From an uncultured bacterium (GTDB lineage Bacteria > Oederibacteriota > Oederibacteriia > Oederibacteriales > Oederibacteriaceae): 64,000 bases of DNA. Location of the stretch: positions 1,184,001-1,248,000 of the forward strand of contig OZ218778.1 in the NCBI GenBank assembly GCA_965112635.1, in the 5' to 3' direction. Position numbers and translations under genes: made by a program. Within the stretch, counting starts at the first letter, position 1, and each line of letters starts with the position of its first letter. Below are positions 49,308-57,182 of the stretch, piece after piece. The notes beneath the pieces are model-generated. The model had not been told where the DNA came from. It saw only the letters and a program-made list of their open reading frames with translations, and did not search any database.

Positions 49308-51803
49308 ATGAGTTTCCAGTACGATGCGGGGTTGAATAAAAAGGTGGCCAAACTGCTGAGCAAAATGACGCTCAAAGAAAAGGTATCCCTGCTTTCAGGC
49401 AAAGACCTTTACGCCACAGTGCCCATCCCCAGGCTGGGCGTGTCGCCCCTCATTGTTACGGACGGTCCCCACGGGGTCCGGGCCTTTTACCTCGACTACA
49501 ACGGGCAGACCACGGGCCGTAAAAGCGGCCAGGCAACCCTTTTTCCGACGGGTTTTTCCATGGCCGCCACCTGGAACCCCCAGCTCGTCGGCAAGGCCAG
49601 CAGCGCCATGGCCGAGGAAACCCGCGCTCTCGGTTGCGACATCCTTTTGGGTCCTTGCATCAACATCGTGCGGGTCCCTGGATGGGGACGCAATTTTGAA
49701 TCCATGGCCGAGGACCCGTTCCTGGCCGGCCGCGTCGGTGTGGAGTGGGTCAAGTCGCTCCAGGCCAAAGGAGTCGGCGCTTCGGTCAAGCACTACGCCT
49801 GCAACAACCAGGAACTGAACCGGTTCAAGGTCGATGTCCGGATCGACGAGAGGACTATGCGCGAGATCTACCTGCCCCATTTCGAGGCGGTCGTCAAGGA
49901 AGCCAATCCGGCCACCGTGATGTGTTCCTACAACCGGGTTAACGGTTACTACAGCAGCCAGAACCATTTCCTGCTCACCCAGGTCCTCAAGGAGGAATGG
50001 GGGTTCCAGGGGCTGGTGATTTCTGACTGGGGAGCCAACCACGCTACGGTTGAGTCCATGGAGCACGGCCTGGACCTGGAAATGCCCGGACCCGCCAAAT
50101 ATTACGGCAACCTTCTGGAGGAGGCCGTAGAGAACTGGCAAATCGAGGTCGAAAAGATCGACGAAGCGGCCCGACGCGTGTTGAAAGTCATTCTGGCCCT
50201 GGAACGCAACAGGAGGGGCAAGTGGAAAGCCAACACCACGTCCCATCAGGCCATCGGCCGCAAGGTCGCCGACGAAGCCGTCATCCTTTTAAAGAACGAA
50301 CGCCAGATCCTGCCCCTGGAACCCAAAAAACTGAATTCCCTGGCTGTTATCGGCCCCAATGCCGATGACTGCGTCTGTGGCGGCGGCAGCAGCTGGGTCT
50401 GCAGCCCCTACCGCAAAACCTTGCTGGGAGCTTTGAAAAAGAAGCTGCCCCGATCCCTCAAGATCGTGCAGAAAACAGGATGCCCCAATTCCGAAGAGCC
50501 ATCCATGCCTATCAGTTGCTTCAAACCCGAGAAGGCCTCCGGGCCCTCTACCGTGGGCCTGACCGCCCGTTTCTATAGCAGTCTGGGCTTCAAAGGGAAG
50601 CCTGTGGAAACCCGCGTGGACAGGCTCGTTGATTACTGGGGGTCCCCGGTCGACGACATCGGCCTCGTTTACAGTTCGCGTTACACCGGCACTTTGACGG
50701 TGCCCGAAGAGGGATGGTATACCTTCAAGCTCACCGGCCGAGGGAGCCTGGGGTTGTGGGTGGACGGGAAACGGCTGATCTCCTGCAGTATCCCCGACCC
50801 CAAAAAGAACGATAATTCCGAGCGAGCCGGCCAAGTGGTGCTCCGCCTGCAAGAAGGACGCGGTTATCGCGTCCGCATTGAACATCAGCATACTCCCGGG
50901 GATGTCATCCATTCCTTGACTTTTGGCGTCAGCCTTTCTTCCAAAACAGGATATGACCAGGAGATCCAGCACGCCGTAGAAGCGGCCGCAGGGTGCGACA
51001 TAGCCGTGGTCTGCGTCGGGCTTAGAGAAGGTTACGAGTCAGAGGGAAGGGACCGGGAAAATATCAAGCTCATGGGCGAGCAAGACAGGTTGGTTTCCGC
51101 CGTAGCTGACGCTAACCCCCGCACCATCGTGGTGGTCAACGCGGGCGCGCCGGTGGAGATGCCCTGGGCGGACGAGGTCCAGGCCATCGTGTGGGCCGGT
51201 TACGCGGGACAGGACATGGGCGACGCCGTAGCGGATATTTTGCTGGGCTTGGTCAATCCCTCCGGCAAGCTCCCCATCACGCTCCCCAAAAAGCTGGAAG
51301 ACAACCCTTCCTATGGGAATTATCCAGGAACAAGGAGGGTCGTATACGGGGAAGGGGTCTTCGTGGGTTACCGCTGGTATGACGCTAAAAAAGTCGAACC
51401 TTTGTTCTGTTTCGGGCACGGCCTTTCCTACACCACCTTTGAATACAGCGGTTTAAAGTTACCCAGGACCGTGAAGATAGGCAGGGACGGCCTGGCCCAA
51501 GCGGCCGTCGTCTCCATGTCCGTCAAGAACACAGGATCCAAGGCGGGAGCCGAGACCGTGCAGGTCTATGTGGGAGACCCGGCAGCCAGCGTCAGCAGGC
51601 CGGTGAGGGAGCTCAAAGGTTTTACCAAGGTTTACCTGAAACCCGGGCAGTCCCGCAGGTTGAGCTTTAAACTGGACCACCGCGCTTTGGCCTTTTTCCA
51701 TCCGGAAAAAAAGCGCTGGACCGTGGAGCCGGGAGAGTTCGTCGTCGAGGCCGGAGCCTCTTCCAGGGACATCCGCCTCAAAGGTTCTTTCAAGGCGCTT
51801 TGA
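49308..51803 (+). CDS. GH3 beta-glucosidase with PA14 insertion and FnIII domain (cytoplasmic)
   Basis: TDGPHG, GRNFES..EDP, KHYACN, ISDWG, ESEGRDR, YGEGVFVGYRWY. Confidence 0.93.
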   Translation: MSFQYDAGLNKKVAKLLSKMTLKEKVSLLSGKDLYATVPIPRLGVSPLIVTDGPHGVRAFYLDYNGQTTGRKSGQATLFPTGFSMAATWNPQLVGKASSAMAEETRALGCDILLGPCINIVRVPGWGRNFESMAEDPFLAGRVGVEWVKSLQAKGVGASVKHYACNNQELNRFKVDVRIDERTMREIYLPHFEAVVKEANPATVMCSYNRVNGYYSSQNHFLLTQVLKEEWGFQGLVISDWGANHATVESMEHGLDLEMPGPAKYYGNLLEEAVENWQIEVEKIDEAARRVLKVILALERNRRGKWKANTTSHQAIGRKVADEAVILLKNERQILPLEPKKLNSLAVIGPNADDCVCGGGSSWVCSPYRKTLLGALKKKLPRSLKIVQKTGCPNSEEPSMPISCFKPEKASGPSTVGLTARFYSSLGFKGKPVETRVDRLVDYWGSPVDDIGLVYSSRYTGTLTVPEEGWYTFKLTGRGSLGLWVDGKRLISCSIPDPKKNDNSERAGQVVLRLQEGRGYRVRIEHQHTPGDVIHSLTFGVSLSSKTGYDQEIQHAVEAAAGCDIAVVCVGLREGYESEGRDRENIKLMGEQDRLVSAVADANPRTIVVVNAGAPVEMPWADEVQAIVWAGYAGQDMGDAVADILLGLVNPSGKLPITLPKKLEDNPSYGNYPGTRRVVYGEGVFVGYRWYDAKKVEPLFCFGHGLSYTTFEYSGLKLPRTVKIGRDGLAQAAVVSMSVKNTGSKAGAETVQVYVGDPAASVSRPVRELKGFTKVYLKPGQSRRLSFKLDHRALAFFHPEKKRWTVEPGEFVVEAGASSRDIRLKGSFKAL

Positions 51804-51842
51804 ACGTTTTGTATCATCGGCTGAGCCGAGGAGGAGAGTAGC

Positions 51843-52883
51843 TTGGCGGTTTTGGATCAGGCCCTCAAGGTTTGCGCTCAAAAGAAATGTTCCGACCTCC
51901 ATGTGGCGGCCGGGATCCCTCTCAAGGTCCGCTATCTGGGGGACCTGATTTCCTACGACACAGGGGCCGCGCTCAAGCCACCGCAGGTCAAAGAGCTGAT
52001 CGAGGAGATCTTGACCGAGGAACAGCGCAAGACCCTCAATGATACCCTGGAACTGGACGCCATTTACCAGACCTCGGACGGGATGCGTTTCCGCATGAAC
52101 GTCTGCTGTGAGCAGCGGGGGCTGGCCGCGGTGTTCCGCCATATCCCCCCGGAGATACGCAGTTTTACCGACCTGGGCCTGCCTGCGGTCGTGGAAAAGT
52201 TCTGCATGGTCACCCAGGGATTGATCATCGTGACCGGGCCGTCCCGCTCGGGCAAGACTGCCACGCTTGCTTCCCTGGTCGACTACATCAATACTAACCG
52301 CAACGAGCATATCATCACCATCGAAGACCCCGTGGAATACCTGCATGTGAACAAAAAGAGCATCATTTCCCAGCGCGGCCTGGGTGTCCATACCCGCAGT
52401 TTTGCCAACGCTCTAAGGGCCGCTCTGCGCGAGGACCCGGACGTCATCATGGTGGGGGAGATCCGGGACCTGGAGACCATGACCCTGGCCCTGACCGCGG
52501 CCGAGACCGGGCACGTGGTGCTGACCACCCTGCACACCTCCGGGGCTATCTCCACGGTCAACCGGGTGGTCAACCTTTTCCCGCCGGCCGAACAGGCGCA
52601 GGCGCAGACGACCTTTTCGGAATGCCTCCTGGGGATCATTTCCCAGCAGCTGATCAAGAACAATACCGCGACGGACATGGTGGCGGCCTTTGAGATCCTG
52701 GTCAACACCATGGCCATTTCCAACATCATCCGGGAGGGCGAAAGTTTTAAGATCGAAGGGATGATGCAGGTCGGCACCAAGGACGGGATGCGGCTGATGG
52801 ACCAATCCCTGGACGACCTGTTCCGGAGAGAAAAGATCAGTCCTACGGCGCGAAAAGAATTCAGCCTCAAGGAGAGCCACTGA
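51843..52883 (+). CDS. pilT: PilT/PilU-family pilus retraction ATPase (variant Walker A)
   Basis: SDLH, GPSRSGKT, TIEDPVEY, REDPDVIMVGEIRD, TLHT, AISNIIRE. Confidence 0.88.
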   Translation: MAVLDQALKVCAQKKCSDLHVAAGIPLKVRYLGDLISYDTGAALKPPQVKELIEEILTEEQRKTLNDTLELDAIYQTSDGMRFRMNVCCEQRGLAAVFRHIPPEIRSFTDLGLPAVVEKFCMVTQGLIIVTGPSRSGKTATLASLVDYINTNRNEHIITIEDPVEYLHVNKKSIISQRGLGVHTRSFANALRAALREDPDVIMVGEIRDLETMTLALTAAETGHVVLTTLHTSGAISTVNRVVNLFPPAEQAQAQTTFSECLLGIISQQLIKNNTATDMVAAFEILVNTMAISNIIREGESFKIEGMMQVGTKDGMRLMDQSLDDLFRREKISPTARKEFSLKESH

Positions 52884-53962
52884 TGGCGATGATCGACAGG
52901 CTGCTCCAACTGATGGTCCAGCACAAGGCCAGCGACCTGCACCTCTACACCGGCCAGCCGGTCCACGCCCGCATCCACGGCAGCCTGGTGCCCCTGGAAC
53001 CGGGGAGCAAGCCCCTGAACGAGGATGAGGTCAAACTCCTGCTTTTGGAGATCGCCAGCGACGAACAGTGCGCCACCATCGCGCAAAACCTGGACTTAGA
53101 TTTCGCCTATCATATCGAGGGGGTGTCCCGCTTCAGGGTGAACTATTTTTACCAGCAGACGGGCATGGCCGCCGTATTCAGACAGATCCCGGAGCAGATC
53201 AAAAGCCTGGACGAACTGGGCTTTCCGCCTGTTTTGAAAAAACTGTCGCTTTTGAGGCGCGGACTGGTCCTGGTCACGGGCCCGACCGGGTCCGGTAAAT
53301 CCACCACCTTGGCCGCCATGATCAACGAGATCAACCATACCCGGAAGGCCCATATCCTGACCATCGAGGACCCGGTGGAGTTCGTCCACGCGCCCCTGCA
53401 GTGCAGGATCACCCAGCGCGAGGTCGGGAGCGATACCCAGAACTTCACCTCGGCCCTGCGGGAAGCCGGCCGCATGGACGCGGATGTCATCCTGGTCGGA
53501 GAGATGAGGGACCTGACCACCATCAGCCTGACCCTGACCCTCGCGGAGATGGGATCCCTGGTCTTTGCCACGGTGCACACCAACAGCGCGGCCAAGACCA
53601 TCGACCGCATCATCAACGTGTTCCCCCAGGACGAACGCGGCAAAGCGCGCATCATCCTGTCCGAAGTCCTCAGGGGCATCCTCGCCCAGCAGATCCTGCG
53701 TAAAACGGACGGCAGCGGGCGCGTGGTGGCCATGGAGATCCTGACCTTTACGGCCGCTTTACCCAACCTCATCCGCACCGGCAAGACCTCCTCGCTGGTG
53801 TCCCTGATCGACGCGGGCAAAACCGAGGGGATGCAGTCCATGGACGATTCCCTGGAAAAATTGCTCAGGGATAACGCCGTGGACGGCCGTTCCGCCTACA
53901 TGCACTCCCTGGACAAGAAGCGGTTCGAGAAATATGTCCAGGGCTCTTCCTCGATCTTTTGA
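52883..53962 (+). CDS. pilT: PilT/PilU-family ATPase, second paralog
   Basis: ASDLH, GPTGSGKSTT, TIEDPVEF, VGEMRD, TVHTNSA. Confidence 0.9.
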   Translation: MAMIDRLLQLMVQHKASDLHLYTGQPVHARIHGSLVPLEPGSKPLNEDEVKLLLLEIASDEQCATIAQNLDLDFAYHIEGVSRFRVNYFYQQTGMAAVFRQIPEQIKSLDELGFPPVLKKLSLLRRGLVLVTGPTGSGKSTTLAAMINEINHTRKAHILTIEDPVEFVHAPLQCRITQREVGSDTQNFTSALREAGRMDADVILVGEMRDLTTISLTLTLAEMGSLVFATVHTNSAAKTIDRIINVFPQDERGKARIILSEVLRGILAQQILRKTDGSGRVVAMEILTFTAALPNLIRTGKTSSLVSLIDAGKTEGMQSMDDSLEKLLRDNAVDGRSAYMHSLDKKRFEKYVQGSSSIF

Positions 53963-53972
53963 TCCTTCCGGC

Positions 53973-54482
53973 ATGCCTTTGACCATCCAGCCCGTGGCTG
54001 GGGCTACGGCCATCCAACGCACCTCCCTGCTGGCCTGGCGCATCTGGCGCGAGTATTACCCAGGGCTCGTCGGCAGCGCCCAAGTTGAATACATGCTCAG
54101 AAAGTTCCAGTCCAAAAAAGCCATCGCCGGTCAGATCCGGAAGGGAGCCTTGTATTTCGTGATCAAGGACCCCCAAGGCCGCTGGGCCGGTTATCTGGCC
54201 GCGGAACCCAGGCCGGGGGAGCTTTTCCTGAGCAAGTTCTATGTGGCGGCGGAAAAAAGGGGCAGGGGACTGGGGCGACGGGCCATGCGATTCGTGGTGA
54301 AGCTGGCCAGAAAAATCAAAGCGCCCAAGATAGTGCTGAGCGTGAACCGGAAAAACCACTTGGCCGTGCGTTTTTACGAACGGGCCGGGTTCAAGGTCAA
54401 AAAAAGGATCAACCAGGATATTGGAAGAAATTTCTTCATGCGGGATTATGTGATGGAAAAAAGAGTCGTTAAGGTTATCTAG
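53973..54482 (+). CDS. GNAT-family N-acetyltransferase
   Basis: FLSKFYV...RGRGLG, VNRKN..A..FYERAGF. Confidence 0.9.
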   Translation: MPLTIQPVAGATAIQRTSLLAWRIWREYYPGLVGSAQVEYMLRKFQSKKAIAGQIRKGALYFVIKDPQGRWAGYLAAEPRPGELFLSKFYVAAEKRGRGLGRRAMRFVVKLARKIKAPKIVLSVNRKNHLAVRFYERAGFKVKKRINQDIGRNFFMRDYVMEKRVVKVI

Positions 54483-54903
54483 ATTTCTTGGGGTCGTCTT
54501 CGATGAATTTTTCCAGGTCGGCAAGGTCTTTTTTGTGGATGGAGACGATCTGGATGCCGTTACGGTATTTATGAGGCCCTTCCTGCTTGTCGTCGGTGAC
54601 CCAGACCACCATGGCCATCACCCGCAGAGGCTCCTGGGAGCCGGGCAGGACCATTTCCACCAAAAGGTATTTTCCGGCCTGCAAAGGCTTGCTGCTGACC
54701 ATGGCCAAACCGTTCAGGCTGATGTTATCGACACTGCTGGCCTTGACCTTTCCGGGGCTGACCGACAGGTGGTCCTTGCGGGCGGCGGCGTCCTTTAAAA
54801 GGGCCGGAACTTCTTTGTCATCCAGCGGAAGGAATTGGACTTTGAGGGAGCTTTGGACCCTTTTGTGTTTTCTCTTTTCCAGCCAACCGGTATGTCCGGC
54901 CAT
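54475..54903 (-). CDS. PilZ-domain c-di-GMP-binding protein
   Basis: EKRKHKR (RxxxR) and NISLNG (D/NxSxxG). Confidence 0.85.
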   Translation of the reverse strand: MAGHTGWLEKRKHKRVQSSLKVQFLPLDDKEVPALLKDAAARKDHLSVSPGKVKASSVDNISLNGLAMVSSKPLQAGKYLLVEMVLPGSQEPLRVMAMVVWVTDDKQEGPHKYRNGIQIVSIHKKDLADLEKFIEDDPKKSR

Positions 54904-55142
54904 AGCTTTTTCTCCTGGAAGTCCAGTTTATCAAAATAGGCACATTGTTCCAATTGATAACTTTTTTCAGGGTAAACGCGGAGCGGGTCTTGGGTGAAAT
55001 CTTGCGCTCAGGCAACGAAAACACAGCCGGCCCGCACGGGAGAAGAGGCAAAACATTGACAGCGCCATATAAATCAAGTAAAAATGATTAACTCGCAAGC
55101 TTGGGGTATTTAAAAGAGTTGGAGCATGAACCAGGAGGCATT

Positions 55143-56012
55143 ATGAAATTAAAATTGGGGTTACCCAAGGGAAGCCTGCAGGAGACCACCTTTCAGATGT
55201 TCAAAAAGGCCGGTTTCCAGGTCAGCGTTTCTTCGCGGTCCTATTTTCCGACCATCGCGGACCCTGAAATAGAACCGGTCCTGATCCGGGCCCAGGAGAT
55301 TTCCCGGTTTGTGGAAGACGGAGTCCTGGACGCGGGCCTCACCGGAGAGGATTGGATCAGGGAAAACGACTCTGATGTGGTCAGGGTGGCGGAGCTCGTT
55401 TACGCCAAGGGAGGCCTGAGGCCGGTCAAATGGGTCCTGGCAGCGCCCAACAACTCGGCTATCAAAAAAGTCTCTGACCTCAAGGGCAAAAGGATCGCGA
55501 CCGAGCTGGTCAGCGTGACCAAGGAATATTTAAAGAAGAACAAAGTCAAAGCCGAGGTGGAGTTCTCCTGGGGAGCGACCGAGGCCAAGACCCCTGACCT
55601 GGTGGATGCTATCGTGGAGCTGACGGAAACGGGCTCGTCCCTACGGGCCAATAACCTCAAGATCCTGGACGTGGTGATGGAATCCACCACCAAGCTGATC
55701 GCCAATAAAAAGGCCTGGGCCGATGTCTGGAAGAAAAACAAGGTCTCCAACCTGGCCCTGCTCCTCAAAGGCGCTTTGCTGGCCGAGGAAAAAGTGGGGC
55801 TCAAGATGAACATCCGCAAGGCCGGCCTCAAAGCGGTTTTGGATATCCTGCCGGCCATGAAAAATCCCACCGTGTCGCCCTTGAGCGACCCGGAATGGGT
55901 GGCCCTGGAAACCATCATCGACGAACGAGTGGTCCGGGATATCATCCCGCTGCTCAAAAAAGCCGGCGCCCAGGGAATTATCGAGTATCCTTTAAACAAG
56001 GTCATTCCTTAA
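55143..56012 (+). CDS. hisG: ATP phosphoribosyltransferase (long form)
   Basis: [28 protein letters not shown]-terminal PTVSPL domain; AGGAGG RBS before ATG 55143. Confidence 0.96.
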   Translation: MKLKLGLPKGSLQETTFQMFKKAGFQVSVSSRSYFPTIADPEIEPVLIRAQEISRFVEDGVLDAGLTGEDWIRENDSDVVRVAELVYAKGGLRPVKWVLAAPNNSAIKKVSDLKGKRIATELVSVTKEYLKKNKVKAEVEFSWGATEAKTPDLVDAIVELTETGSSLRANNLKILDVVMESTTKLIANKKAWADVWKKNKVSNLALLLKGALLAEEKVGLKMNIRKAGLKAVLDILPAMKNPTVSPLSDPEWVALETIIDERVVRDIIPLLKKAGAQGIIEYPLNKVIP

Positions 56013-56061
56013 AAGATGCTTCAGGCTGGCTAGGAACCTATTTCAATCCCAAAGGAAAACA

Positions 56062-56928
56062 ATGCCCGCGTTTTCACCCATCATGCTGGACCTTTTGAGG
56101 CGCCACGATTTTTTCATCAAAAAAAGGCTGGGCCAGAATTTTCTGGTCGACCCGCAGGTGACGAGCGATATTCTGGAGGCCAGCCGGATCCAGCCCGAGG
56201 ACGTGGTCCTGGAGATCGGGCCGGGGCTGGGAGCGCTCACGGTCGCCCTGTCGGAAAAGGCCTCCAAGGTTTACGCCGTCGAGCTGGACAGGAAGCTCTG
56301 CGAGATCCTGCGGGAGGTCCTGGTGGCCTGCCGCAACGTGGAGATCATCCAGGAGGACATCATCCACGTGGACCTGAAAAAACTGCTCAAGCCCTATCCG
56401 GCCAAGCGGGTCAAGGTCGTGGCCAACCTGCCCTACTACGTGACGACCCCCATCCTGATGAACCTTTTGGAGTCCCATCTTAAGATCGGCTCGCTGGTGG
56501 TGATGGTGCAAAAAGAGGTGGCCGAAAGGATGGCCGCCCTGCCCGGGAACAAGACCTACGGGTCGCTGTCCATCGCCGTGCAATACCACGCCCAGCCGCA
56601 GATCGTGCGTCATGTGCCTCCCTCCGCTTTTGTCCCGCAGCCCAAGGTCGATTCCAGCGTGGTCAGGATGGCGATCTATCAAAAACGCCCTTACCAACCC
56701 AAGGACGAAGAGCTTTTTTCCCTTGTCGTGCGGGGGGCTTTTGGCAAGCGCCGCAAGACCCTGGTCAACGCCCTGATCCAGGCCCCTCATTTTCCTTTTA
56801 CCAAGCCGCAATTGCTTTCCGCCCTGGAGCGGACCAAGATCGATCCCCAGCGCAGGGGCGAAACCCTGAGCATCCCGGAATTCGTGCGATTGAGCGATGC
56901 GTTGACCCGTCTGCGTTCCCTCGACTGA
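56062..56928 (+). CDS. rsmA: 16S rRNA m6,2A dimethyltransferase
   Basis: LGQNFL, EIGPGLG, ANLPYY, QKEVAER, PKVDS. Confidence 0.97.
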   Translation: MPAFSPIMLDLLRRHDFFIKKRLGQNFLVDPQVTSDILEASRIQPEDVVLEIGPGLGALTVALSEKASKVYAVELDRKLCEILREVLVACRNVEIIQEDIIHVDLKKLLKPYPAKRVKVVANLPYYVTTPILMNLLESHLKIGSLVVMVQKEVAERMAALPGNKTYGSLSIAVQYHAQPQIVRHVPPSAFVPQPKVDSSVVRMAIYQKRPYQPKDEELFSLVVRGAFGKRRKTLVNALIQAPHFPFTKPQLLSALERTKIDPQRRGETLSIPEFVRLSDALTRLRSLD

Positions 56929-57022
56929 AAGTTCCCGAAAACCCGCCAAAACAAACTTTAACGGGGAACAAGAGAGCCATTTTTTTGTCTAATAATTAAG
57001 GGTATAATTAAAATACTGTCGG

Positions 57023-57069
57023 TAAAGCGCTTAGAATACCACGGGCTGTGTCCGTGGTTGAATAAGCGC
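57023..57069 (+). repeat. Palindromic element, family copy C (5' leader of the surface-protein gene)
   Basis: GCGCTTA-GAAT-ACCACGGGC..GTCCGTGG-TTGAA-TAAGCGC; same two-stem/internal-loop layout as copies A and B. Confidence 0.5.
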
Positions 57070-57182
57070 GGATTATATAAACCGTTCCTCTCCGAGAGGA
57101 TTCCAAAGGAGGTTACTCCTTTGGTCAGCCAGCGCAGCTGGCTGAATGTTTTGTGGGAGCCACGGGATTAAGGCGGCAATTA

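Noticed and set aside
54970-55050. GC-rich stem between pilZ and hisG as a c-di-GMP riboswitch or his attenuator
   Set aside because: Lacks the GNRA tetraloop/receptor and GCAAA elements; no His-codon leader or terminator seen.
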